Assembly (NCBI GenBank): GCA_030651135.1
Contig: JAUSCS010000006.1
Location: 68,851-132,850 of the forward strand
Source: Candidatus Woesearchaeota archaeon
GTDB lineage: Archaea; Nanobdellota; Nanobdellia; Woesearchaeales; JACPBO01
DNA length: 64,000 nucleotides
Reading direction: 5' to 3'
The first letter of the stretch is position 1, and the number at the start of each line of letters is the position of its first letter. Below, in pieces: positions 25,629 to 34,601 of this stretch. The notes beneath the pieces are model-generated. The model was given only the letters and a program-made list of their open reading frames with translations, was not told where the DNA came from and searched no databases. The position numbers and the translations under genes are program-made.

Positions 25629-26495
25629 ATGCACATTGATTACAATAAATGGGGACAGCATACGCTAGCAGAGGCCCGTTATAATGGAAGAGAATCTGCA
25701 ATACATATCAGGATCCCTGCTAAAACTGTGATGGAAGCAAGAAGCTCCTTCAAAAGCAAAGATATTATTCAATTTGAGCCCCATATCGATTTAAAAAAAC
25801 AGCCTTATCAATTCCACATTTTCAACGGAACAAACGGAGACTCGTATATCGCCAATGTTCCTTTTGAATATATCAAGCATCTGCTCTGGTACCTTCACAA
25901 AAATCAGCCAGAAAGGGATATGATGCTTAAAACTAACAAGGTTATTCAATTTAATGATTTTAAGAAAGAGCACGAATTTGTATTTTCAAAAAATCCGGGA
26001 AAGGTTTGGCTGCATGTCGGCCATGAAAAATATGGCTTGTTTGATCTTACAACTAAAGATAGATTTTTCATATTGCAGCTCCACAGGGCAACTCTTTATG
26101 GAACTTTCTTAAGGGATTTGGATTACATCTTCAAAGAGAAAGATATCAGCGATGCTCTGCCTAATGATGTTAAATGTGATGTAGAAAAAGGGGTTTCATT
26201 GAGGAATGCTGTTGAGCGGTCACTTGATCTTCGCGCTGACGGCGAATACACAGTCCATTCTGTACTCGAATCCCTGAGCTTAATTGTCGACGAAGAAGAT
26301 CCAAGATTGAAAAAAAGCAGATTACAGGTCTGCAAAGAGCACAACCCCGAAATATACTGGACTGATTACAAAGGGAGGAGAATATACAGACTAATTGATC
26401 CTGGGCACCCTGAAAAAGACAGGATTAAAAAAGAACTTGAAAACATTGTTGAAAAAGAATGCCCGATTTGTGAAGAAGCTAAGCTATTAGTTTGA
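25629..26495 (+). CDS. Hypothetical protein
   Basis: 288-aa ORF; C-terminal VCKEH...CPIC may bind Zn; no family recognised. Confidence 0.7.
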   Translation: MHIDYNKWGQHTLAEARYNGRESAIHIRIPAKTVMEARSSFKSKDIIQFEPHIDLKKQPYQFHIFNGTNGDSYIANVPFEYIKHLLWYLHKNQPERDMMLKTNKVIQFNDFKKEHEFVFSKNPGKVWLHVGHEKYGLFDLTTKDRFFILQLHRATLYGTFLRDLDYIFKEKDISDALPNDVKCDVEKGVSLRNAVERSLDLRADGEYTVHSVLESLSLIVDEEDPRLKKSRLQVCKEHNPEIYWTDYKGRRIYRLIDPGHPEKDRIKKELENIVEKECPICEEAKLLV

Positions 26496-28362
26496 CTTTC
26501 TCCCCGCCGTTGATTGCGTTTATTATGATCTGCCCTATCTTGTTGTCTTTCTTTATCTTTATGATCCCTGTTTTCCCCACCTTTGCCGTCAATAGAAAAT
26601 CATCGCCGACATAAACATCCACATCCTTGTTCTGCATCGTGATGTCAAGGTAGAAAATAACCATGTTCTTTTTTATTCTTACATCATACTGCAATTGGCG
26701 CTTCTCTGTGTTCTCCGCTGCATTGCCTGTTTCTTTTTTAGCTCCTAATTCCTGCACATCAATGCTGATCCCAAGCCTTTTCTCAATCTCCGAAATAGTT
26801 TTTCCTTCCTTGCCGATTATCCGTGCAATATTATTCTCAGGAACTCTGACAATGCACTTTCCCTCGCTGACAATATCCACTTCAACATCATCTGCATATC
26901 TCCTTAATTCCTGCATTATTGTTCTTGCAGCAAGCTCATGCGTTGCTGATCTTGACTGCACGCGCACAGGAACAACAACAGTTTCCTCTCCATAGCTGTA
27001 AAGCTCGTATTCCAGCTTTTTAGTTTCAAAATCTGTCACAACAACAACCGGCCTTGCCAAATCAGCTTCTGTCATTCCTGAAGGAACTTTGACAACCATC
27101 TGCAGGCCTAAAACTTTGTTTATGAAGCCGTTTTTAATGAAAATAACAGTATCAATGATCTGCGGAATGACTCCGAGCTCAATTCTTCCGACAAATCTCT
27201 GTATTGCATCTATGGGATTTGTTGCATGCACAACACCTGCCATTCCAACTCCCGCTAATCTTAAATCAGCGAACAATTTAAAATCACTCGTATTTCTCAT
27301 TTCATCAAATATGGTATAATCCGGCCTTGACAGCAAAAGAACATCATGTATTTCCTGGGCATCTCCGTGCGAGATCGAATACTGCGTTATATTGTCCGGC
27401 AGAATCAAGTCGCGCGGAGCTTCAACAGTTTTTATTATCTTGTTTTGGGATGCGTAATATTCTGCAAGCGCCATTGCAAATGTTGATTTCCCCATTCCTG
27501 GGGCGCCGGCAATCAAAATGCCTTCTGCCTGCTCTGCAACCCTCTGCTTCAGCTTGTCGCTCATTTTATAATCATCAAGATTCAGTTTTTTAACCGGCTT
27601 TACAGCAGTTATCTCCCACCCATCTGAGAATGGCGGCTTTGTGACAACTACCCTGAACAATCCGAGCTGCACAATTGTGCTTCCAGGCCTTTCAATCTCA
27701 ATAAAGCCGTCTTTCCTTATTCCTGCTTCCTCGATTATCTCCCTGCTTATATCCTGGATATCATCCCTTGTCAAAAGTTTCTCGCCTATTGCAATAAACT
27801 GCCAGTTTCCAGGCATTCCCTTTTTCGCAAAAGGCAGCACATTCTCCCTCAGATGGACAGACATTGTTGTTTCATCAAAATAACCTTCGAGCCTTATTTT
27901 CTTGATCTGCTGCTCAAGTTTTACATAAATTGTTTTTATGCTCTTTGTTTCAGCAATCCTTGACTGTATCTTATCTGATGTGAACAAAGTGCCGTCAGCT
28001 TCATAGGCAAGATCGCGTATCATCGCATCTATCTCTCCCAAAGAAGCGTATTTTATCTCTGCTGCGCTTGGCTTCTTTCCGGAGAACTCTAATTTAAATC
28101 CGAGCTTTAAGGACAGCTCCTTTATCTTCTGAAGCTCTTCAATTCCAAGGAAACCCATTGCCTTGTTCTGGTTTGCCTGATGCTCAAGCTCTGCAATAAC
28201 CGCTTCATGAATTATGATCGTTTCAGGGCTTATTTCGCCTTTGTTTATTTTTTGGGAAACTAAGCCTTCAATTATCACAGATGTGTCTGGAATTAGTTTT
28301 TCGATTATGTTATTGCCTTCAGTTTTTTCTTTTTGAATTGATTTTGTTTTTTCTTTGGCCAT
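26479..28362 (-). CDS. PIN-domain ATPase with KH domain (PINA, PilT-like)
   Basis: PIN motif DTSVII...EAVIAELE, Walker A GAPGMGKST, DEMR, VVHAT, KH motif IIGKEG. Confidence 0.92.
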   Translation of the reverse strand: MAKEKTKSIQKEKTEGNNIIEKLIPDTSVIIEGLVSQKINKGEISPETIIIHEAVIAELEHQANQNKAMGFLGIEELQKIKELSLKLGFKLEFSGKKPSAAEIKYASLGEIDAMIRDLAYEADGTLFTSDKIQSRIAETKSIKTIYVKLEQQIKKIRLEGYFDETTMSVHLRENVLPFAKKGMPGNWQFIAIGEKLLTRDDIQDISREIIEEAGIRKDGFIEIERPGSTIVQLGLFRVVVTKPPFSDGWEITAVKPVKKLNLDDYKMSDKLKQRVAEQAEGILIAGAPGMGKSTFAMALAEYYASQNKIIKTVEAPRDLILPDNITQYSISHGDAQEIHDVLLLSRPDYTIFDEMRNTSDFKLFADLRLAGVGMAGVVHATNPIDAIQRFVGRIELGVIPQIIDTVIFIKNGFINKVLGLQMVVKVPSGMTEADLARPVVVVTDFETKKLEYELYSYGEETVVVPVRVQSRSATHELAARTIMQELRRYADDVEVDIVSEGKCIVRVPENNIARIIGKEGKTISEIEKRLGISIDVQELGAKKETGNAAENTEKRQLQYDVRIKKNMVIFYLDITMQNKDVDVYVGDDFLLTAKVGKTGIIKIKKDNKIGQIIINAINGGEKVKLIA

Positions 28363-28414
28363 ATTATCTGGTTTTATTGTTTTGTTTATTAATGTTTTTA
28401 TTATTTAAAAAAAT

Positions 28415-30424
28415 TTAAAATAAATCTCTGAAAAACATCCTTATCTTCTGCCACAATGTAAGATTCACAAGCCTTATCTTGAACTCCTTTTCTTCCCTGT
28501 AGCTGCTGCCTTCTTTGTCCTCATAAGTTATTATTATTTTGATCGTATTTTCCTTTGAAAGCTCTGCTCCCTTAACTCCGATCTTGATCTTCTGGTCATT
28601 TGCAAGCTCTCCTAATTGCCATTTCTGCAGATCCTTATTTCTCCAGTAATCTACTGCAGCATTTTTTGGATTTGAGAGCGAATTTTTCTTTATCAAAAAT
28701 GAAATATTGGCAATATCATTGAATTTCATCTCTGCAGGATATTCCAGATCATCTATCGATAAAGAAGGCTTGTCCAAGCCCATAATCTCCAGATAAGCTG
28801 CTTTTGAAACATCGTCATTGTTTGCTTCCACAGTTATTGTATTTTTTCCAACTCTATCAACAACAACTTCAAAAAGTATTTCTTTTTCCTCGCTTATTCC
28901 CAGATTCAGGGTTCTGCAGTCATCTTTGACACATACATTAAGATCAGCAAGTATTATATTGCCTGTATTCTTTATTCTGCAGTCAACATCAGCTGCTCCA
29001 AGATAAACTTCTTTTTCAGAGCTGCAGTTCAAAGCAACAATTTTTGAATAAACCTTTTTTTCCTCTTCTGTTTTTTGCTTTAATATGCTGTTTACTTCAT
29101 CATAAGAATAAGCATACTCATTCGGATAGGCATTAAATTTTGTTTCCGTGCTTATGTTCTGCGAAGAATAAACCAGCATGGGAAATTCAAAATAAACATT
29201 GCCCTGCTGCAAGTCTTCATCAACTTTTATTGGCCAGTAAAGCGCCTTTTTTTCAAATGGCTTCAGCAATATTTTCTGCTCCCTTGCAGTTATATTTTGG
29301 ATATTTGAAGTTCTTGCAAGCAAAAAAGCCTCTGTTACATAATAGCTCATTAAATTTTCAACTTCTGCCTCAACAAGATTGTAAGAGCCATAGCCGACTT
29401 TGTCATAAAGCATTTTTGCAGAAATACTTACATAATTCGGATTCTTGCTTCTGTAATCAATTATTGAAGCCTCAACATTTAATTTGCCAGCTTCGAGCTG
29501 TATATTGCGGCCGCTTGACTCGTATTTTGTAGATACATCTTCAGGATCAACTGCAGCATTCAGCTTCATATGGCCTGCATCTATGTAGCCATACTGCCCG
29601 TATGTCGGATCAAAAGGAACCCACCCGTATTCCGGGAAATAAACTTCAGTCCAGCCGTGAAATCCCCATCTTTCTTTGAACAACGGCGAATTGGTGTAAG
29701 AAATGCCGGAAACAAATCTTGCAGGGATTCCTAATGAGCGGAGCATTGCAATAAGCAAGACGGACAGTTCATCGCATACTCCTTCCCTGTTCTTCAGCAC
29801 CCAGGAAGCATTCTGGCTGACATCTGCAGTCAATGTGCTTAAATCATACTTTATGTTTTTTGTAACCCATGATGCAGTCTTATAGACAACAACATACAGG
29901 TCAGTTTCCCCTTCTGCAAGGCCTGATGCCAGGCTTATTATATCAGGATCACCTGAGTCTATTTTTGTTGATGGCTTTGTATAAACAAGGACATCTTCAG
30001 GCAGGGCTTTAATTGGGAAATCTGCCTTTTTCCTTATTTCAAGATAATTGCTGCTTGTTTCTATCTGCGAATTAAACGCAAAGCTCAAATTAGTTTTTTC
30101 AGGATTTTTCCACAAAAATTTTAATGAATCATTTTCTTCTGTTGCAGCTGGAATTGTTATCAGGCTAAGAGTTTTCTGCCTATAATCATCTCCGGGTATG
30201 AAAGGCAGCAGAACAGAAACATGGTCAACGTAATATGAAAGTGATGTAGGCATTATAGTAACAGTGGAGCTTAGCTGAAGGGTTATGGTCAGGTATCTGC
30301 TTTCCTGGACTATCCTGTCTTCAGATAAAGCTGAAACTATGAATATGTTTGCCAAGAATAAGAACATTAAAATAAACGAAAGGTTTTTCACAATAAGGTG
30401 TGCCCTTATTTGATATTTAAACAT
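28415..30424 (-). CDS. Secreted transglutaminase-like (cysteine protease fold) protein with Ig-like C-terminal domains
   Basis: Cys-His-Asp triad in GVCDE, FHGWTEVY and FDPT; N-terminal hydrophobic signal. Confidence 0.88.
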   Translation of the reverse strand: MFKYQIRAHLIVKNLSFILMFLFLANIFIVSALSEDRIVQESRYLTITLQLSSTVTIMPTSLSYYVDHVSVLLPFIPGDDYRQKTLSLITIPAATEENDSLKFLWKNPEKTNLSFAFNSQIETSSNYLEIRKKADFPIKALPEDVLVYTKPSTKIDSGDPDIISLASGLAEGETDLYVVVYKTASWVTKNIKYDLSTLTADVSQNASWVLKNREGVCDELSVLLIAMLRSLGIPARFVSGISYTNSPLFKERWGFHGWTEVYFPEYGWVPFDPTYGQYGYIDAGHMKLNAAVDPEDVSTKYESSGRNIQLEAGKLNVEASIIDYRSKNPNYVSISAKMLYDKVGYGSYNLVEAEVENLMSYYVTEAFLLARTSNIQNITAREQKILLKPFEKKALYWPIKVDEDLQQGNVYFEFPMLVYSSQNISTETKFNAYPNEYAYSYDEVNSILKQKTEEEKKVYSKIVALNCSSEKEVYLGAADVDCRIKNTGNIILADLNVCVKDDCRTLNLGISEEKEILFEVVVDRVGKNTITVEANNDDVSKAAYLEIMGLDKPSLSIDDLEYPAEMKFNDIANISFLIKKNSLSNPKNAAVDYWRNKDLQKWQLGELANDQKIKIGVKGAELSKENTIKIIITYEDKEGSSYREEKEFKIRLVNLTLWQKIRMFFRDLF

Positions 30425-30435
30425 TGTGGAAAATA

Positions 30436-30675
30436 ATGAAAATTGGAATAAGCTGGAACGAAACTGAAAATAGATTCTATCTGACTGTCGGCAATAGTGG
30501 AATGAGGCCAGTTAGGAAAAAAGAAGACATTATGCCTTATTGTCTGAATATTTTAAAAAATCTTCCTTATGAAAAAATAGAAACATCTTTAGCTGTATCT
30601 GCTTGTGAAAAATCAGATATAGAAAAAATTATAACTGATATTGATGAAGTGTGGAAAAAAGAAGGGCAAAAATGA
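30436..30675 (+). CDS. Hypothetical protein
   Basis: 79-aa ORF from ATG 30436, overlapping the next start. Confidence 0.5.
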   Translation: MKIGISWNETENRFYLTVGNSGMRPVRKKEDIMPYCLNILKNLPYEKIETSLAVSACEKSDIEKIITDIDEVWKKEGQK

Positions 30676-31148
30676 TCGAAAAAATAGCTGCTGCATATCT
30701 TTTATCATTGTTATTAACAACAAATGTTAATGCAAACATACCGAAAGAAGACTTAAAGCCGGATTTGGAAAAAACATTAGATAGCGCTTTAACAAGCGAG
30801 GGGCATTCAGATATTGCTTTTTATTATCATGAAAAGGGAGATTATGACCTGGGATTAGAAGAAGCAAAAAAAGCAGTTAAAGAAGCTCCAACACACTATA
30901 ATTATCTTCTTCTTAGTTCAATGTACTTTGCAAAAGAGGATATGATCAATGCTCTGAACTCGCTTATTGCCGCATATTACTATGACCAAGATGATAAACA
31001 TGTAAAAAGAGCTTTATTGAAGTTAAAAGAGATAATGGGGCTTGATGACAGCCTGTTTAACCGGGCAATAAAAGTGAAATTCTTGGAGCTCGATCGTGAA
31101 AACGACATTTTTTTGCAATATGACAAATTCAAAGATAAATTTAAATAA
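30672..31148 (+). CDS. TPR-like protein with signal peptide
   Basis: AFYYHEKGDYDLGLEEAKKAVKEAP...LSSMYFAKEDMINAL TPR-like helices. Confidence 0.65.
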   Translation: MIEKIAAAYLLSLLLTTNVNANIPKEDLKPDLEKTLDSALTSEGHSDIAFYYHEKGDYDLGLEEAKKAVKEAPTHYNYLLLSSMYFAKEDMINALNSLIAAYYYDQDDKHVKRALLKLKEIMGLDDSLFNRAIKVKFLELDRENDIFLQYDKFKDKFK

Positions 31149-31169
31149 AATGGCGTTTTTTCCTTATCC

Positions 31170-31715
31170 ATGTCTAACGAAGTCATCAAAGCGATCAAGG
31201 AAAGAAGGGCTGTAAGAAGGTACAAAAATAAAGAAATCCCTGAAAACATAATAAATGAAATAATTGAGGCAGGCCGCTATGCCCCTTCTGCAATGAACAG
31301 GCAGCCATGGAAGTTTATTGCGATTACAAATAAAGCCCTTATTAAGGACTTATCTAATGTTTTAACAAAAAAAATCTTACCTACATCACCGCTTACAAGG
31401 GAAAGGATGAAAACTATGGAAGATCCTTTATTTTACTCTGCCCCAGTTCTTATATTCCTTCTTGCTACAGAACATAGCGGATGGTCCTATGCAGACTGCG
31501 GGATATGCAGCCAGAACATGATGCTTGCTGCTTATTCTCTTGGAATCGCAAGCTGCTTCATTGGAATGGCAAAGCACATTGAAGGCGAAAAGATCCTAAA
31601 GAAATTGAACATTCCAGAGGGTTATAAGGTGATCAACGCAGTTGTATTCGGCTATGCAGATGAGAAGCCCGAGCTGAAGGAAAGGAAAAAGGATAATGTG
31701 TATTGGATTAGATGA
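31170..31715 (+). CDS. Nitroreductase family protein
   Basis: RRAVRRY, APSAMNRQPWKF, QNMMLAAYSLGIASC. Confidence 0.92.
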   Translation: MSNEVIKAIKERRAVRRYKNKEIPENIINEIIEAGRYAPSAMNRQPWKFIAITNKALIKDLSNVLTKKILPTSPLTRERMKTMEDPLFYSAPVLIFLLATEHSGWSYADCGICSQNMMLAAYSLGIASCFIGMAKHIEGEKILKKLNIPEGYKVINAVVFGYADEKPELKERKKDNVYWIR

Positions 31716-31728
31716 TTATTTTGCGATA

Positions 31729-32496
31729 TTATTCTGAACCAAATACTCTGTCATCAAGAGACCACTCGTCAGTTTTAGTTATGTTTTTTAATCTTTCTTT
31801 TATTTTTTCAATACCCGCAACCGATATTTTTTTGATATTATGGGGATTCCACCCTAAAGAATCAATAATGCCCTCTGGCTTCGTAATTTCATCTGTGTGT
31901 TTCGCATAGATGAATGGCCACAGATACTTTTGTATGCACAAACCTTTTTCATCAATAAGGGTTAGAATTTCAAGATCACTACCATTAAACTTCCACACAT
32001 CAAATTTTCCTCCTCCTTTTTTTAAATAACTTCTAAAATTGGGTGAATTAAAATATTCCATACAAACGTCATATATTTTCTTTGTGTGCTCTGGTGCATA
32101 TCCAAAATTTTTGAAATTCTTCAATTCGTATTTTACAAATTTAAGCATTTCAATAACATCTTGGGGCCATCTTGGCCAATTTGAAAATAATAAAAAAATA
32201 TCATCTGGTTTTTTGATCTTATGTTGCATCAGATTACCTCCAACTTTACCGTCAAAGTAAAGACCGTCTTTTTTGAGATTAAAGCTCCAAAATTCTCTAA
32301 ATATGGGTCTTTCTACACACCAAAATTTTAATTTTCCATCATAATATTCATTTTCCATAGTTTTGTGAAAATATTGACTATCGAGACAACCGATACACAA
32401 CCCATATATTTCTTCTGCCACTTTAAGTGATTTAGCAATTACTGTTGGTTCGAGATCAGACCATATTTGATATATGTTTTCAAGATTTTTTTTCAT
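31729..32496 (-). CDS. Hypothetical protein (AT-rich)
   Basis: About 255-aa ORF; no motif recognised. Confidence 0.6.
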   Translation of the reverse strand: MKKNLENIYQIWSDLEPTVIAKSLKVAEEIYGLCIGCLDSQYFHKTMENEYYDGKLKFWCVERPIFREFWSFNLKKDGLYFDGKVGGNLMQHKIKKPDDIFLLFSNWPRWPQDVIEMLKFVKYELKNFKNFGYAPEHTKKIYDVCMEYFNSPNFRSYLKKGGGKFDVWKFNGSDLEILTLIDEKGLCIQKYLWPFIYAKHTDEITKPEGIIDSLGWNPHNIKKISVAGIEKIKERLKNITKTDEWSLDDRVFGSE

Positions 32497-32512
32497 TTTC
32501 AACGCCTGTTGA

Positions 32513-32980
32513 TTAGCCTAATAAATCATCCAATATTCTTTCAAGCAGTTTGTCTTTTCCAAGCTTGCTTATTTCACATAAGGAACCTAAAAGACCATAT
32601 CTATCTGGTCCAGCGTACATTGTGGACCACGCACTTATTACCTCTTTCGCATTATTCTCATCCAATACTTTTGAAAATAAAGGGAGCATATCTGAATCAT
32701 TTGAATAGTATATTTTTGCTTCATCTATATATATCACATACTCTGATAGCACGCCACAATCACGGTCTATTGTGATCTTGTCAAACATAGAATAAGTTGC
32801 TATTTGAGGCATTTGTACGACTTCCATTAAAATATTAAATCCCCTTAATGCTTCATTTAAACATTTTTTTCTTCCACTATCTCCTCTCTTATATTCTTCT
32901 GCTAATTCTTTGTTCTTTTTTCCAAGTTCCAATAACTTTTCTTGAGTAGGCGACTTCTTCTTCTTTTCTTGTTCTTTCAT
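32513..32980 (-). CDS. Hypothetical protein (AT-rich)
   Basis: 155-aa ORF co-oriented with the previous gene, 16-nt spacing. Confidence 0.6.
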   Translation of the reverse strand: MKEQEKKKKSPTQEKLLELGKKNKELAEEYKRGDSGRKKCLNEALRGFNILMEVVQMPQIATYSMFDKITIDRDCGVLSEYVIYIDEAKIYYSNDSDMLPLFSKVLDENNAKEVISAWSTMYAGPDRYGLLGSLCEISKLGKDKLLERILDDLLG

Positions 32981-33087
32981 TTTAAATCACTTTGAAGTAG
33001 TATTACTGGTTCCTTCATATATATTGTGGGTAAACTTCTTTACCACAAATAGAAAGCTTTAAAAACATAAAAGGATCTTCAGGCATC

Positions 33088-33816
33088 ATGATCGAAACAG
33101 AAGCATTGGAAAGCTTAGGCTTGACAAGAAACGAGGCAATAGTTTACATTACGCTATTGGATCTTGGCAAAGCCCATATTGGCAGGATTGCAGAAAAGAC
33201 AAGGATGCATAGAAGAACAATCTATGACTGCCTGGAAAGGCTTATAGACCGCGGTCTTGTAAGCTTTATAATGGAGGGAAAGGCCAGATTTTTTATTGCT
33301 GCAAACCCGCAAAAATTAAAAGAGATCATCAAGGAAAAAGAAGCAAACATTGAGGGTATTCTGCCCAAGCTATTTGAAATAGCGCAGCAGTCAAAAGCAA
33401 TAACTGATGTAACTGTTCATAAAGGCAAGGAAGGCTTAAAAAATATAATGGAAGATATAATCAAGAGCAAGCCAAAAATATGGTATTCCTTAACATCTGC
33501 TGGAAAAGCAACTGAAGTTCTTCCATTTTACCTTCCGCAATTCCATGAGAGAAGAATAAAGGAAAACATTAAGCTGGAGATAATCTTCGGCAGAAATGAG
33601 CAGGCAATTAAAAGGTCAAGAGAGCTTAAAAAACTTAAATTAACAGAAGCCAAGCTCATTGGCACAAAATATGTTATTCCGATATCAATTTGGCTCTACA
33701 ATAATAAAGTTGCCTTTATGCTTTGGGAGTCTGAAACAGGAATTTTGATCGAAAATAAAGGAACAGCAGATACGTTCAAAAATTACTTTAAAGTTCTCTG
33801 GAACGCATCAAAATAA
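33088..33816 (+). CDS. TrmB-family transcriptional regulator
   Basis: LGLTRNEAIVYITLL...HRRTIYDCLERLIDRGLV HTH, ANPQKL, HKGKEGLK. Confidence 0.88.
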   Translation: MIETEALESLGLTRNEAIVYITLLDLGKAHIGRIAEKTRMHRRTIYDCLERLIDRGLVSFIMEGKARFFIAANPQKLKEIIKEKEANIEGILPKLFEIAQQSKAITDVTVHKGKEGLKNIMEDIIKSKPKIWYSLTSAGKATEVLPFYLPQFHERRIKENIKLEIIFGRNEQAIKRSRELKKLKLTEAKLIGTKYVIPISIWLYNNKVAFMLWESETGILIENKGTADTFKNYFKVLWNASK

Positions 33817-33829
33817 AAACGCCGAGGGG
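33817..33829. repeat. Copy of the tRNA-Ser 3' end (att-like direct repeat; partner at 34407-34419)
   Basis: AAACGCCGAGGGG is identical at 33817-33829 and 34407-34419. Confidence 0.6.
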
Positions 33830-33912
33830 ATGAGAAAATTAAGCGAGTCAGCGAAGGATGTAAAAACGTGAAAATCACAATATTTTTAAGGTAGCATAAT
33901 TAAAAGATATTT

Positions 33913-34236
33913 ATGTACCGCATATTTAGAACTGATTGGTATGAAACCAAGTTTAAGAGGTTAAGCAAGCCTGAACAAGATAGGGTAGTTAAGTTCGAGC
34001 AAGAATTAAAACTTCAGCCATATGACGGTAAACCATTAGGTTACAAGTTTTTCAGAGAGAAAAAATTTAATGGTAAGAGGCTCATATTTCTGGTGTATGA
34101 ATCGCATGAGGTTGTTTTCCTGATTACAATCGCCGATAAAAAAGTTCAACAGCAAGAGATAGAAGTTATAAAAGCAAATTTGGATGTATATAACGACATG
34201 GTAGAAAATACATTGAAAAACATCAAATCTCCTTAA
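33913..34236 (+). CDS. RelE/ParE-like toxin
   Basis: 107 aa, GKPLGYKFFREKKFNGKRLIFLVYE pattern typical of the RelE fold. Confidence 0.7.
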   Translation: MYRIFRTDWYETKFKRLSKPEQDRVVKFEQELKLQPYDGKPLGYKFFREKKFNGKRLIFLVYESHEVVFLITIADKKVQQQEIEVIKANLDVYNDMVENTLKNIKSP

Positions 34237-34354
34237 TATTCCCTCTTAGAACGTCTTTTATGCCCCTAGCTATGTCTTGAAGCAAGTCTATATCGAGTTT
34301 TTCCATTTTCTTAAGTTTTTTATATTCTTGTTTGGGTATGGTTATGGTTTGCAT
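34223..34354 (-). CDS. Putative 43-aa antitoxin (not in the ORF track)
   Basis: MQTITIPKQEYKKLKKMEKLDIDLLQDIARGIKDVLRGNIKEI; resembles small archaeal RelB-type partners; convergent overlap with the toxin. Confidence 0.6.
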   Translation of the reverse strand: MQTITIPKQEYKKLKKMEKLDIDLLQDIARGIKDVLRGNIKEI

Positions 34355-34409
34355 AATCTAAGGATAAAATCATTTATATATAAATCTTTTTGTTTTCTAA
34401 TTAAAGAAA

Positions 34410-34561
34410 CGCCGAGGGGGAGATTTGAACTCCCGAGCCCTTGCGGGCACTGAATCTTTACGGTACTTGTGGCGATCATAAGCACTGTTGTACTTAGCAA
34501 TCTTCCGCCATGCTTCAGATTGAAGGCATGTCAGCGCAGTACCAGGTTGTGCCACCTCGGC
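34410..34561 (-). tRNA. tRNA-Ser(GCU) with two introns (30/31: 34502-34530; 37/38: 34456-34494)
   Basis: Acceptor GCCGAGG/CCTCGGC with G73, long variable arm GCCC-GCAA-GGGC, T-arm GGGAG-TTCAAAT-CTCCC. Removing 29 nt and 39 nt restores stem CTGAA/TTCAG with loop TT-GCT-AA. The 37/38 BHB helix is TTGC/GTAA. Confidence 0.85.
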
Positions 34562-34601
34562 ATAAGAGTCAGATATTCCCCATTGTTTATAAATATTTTT
34601 G

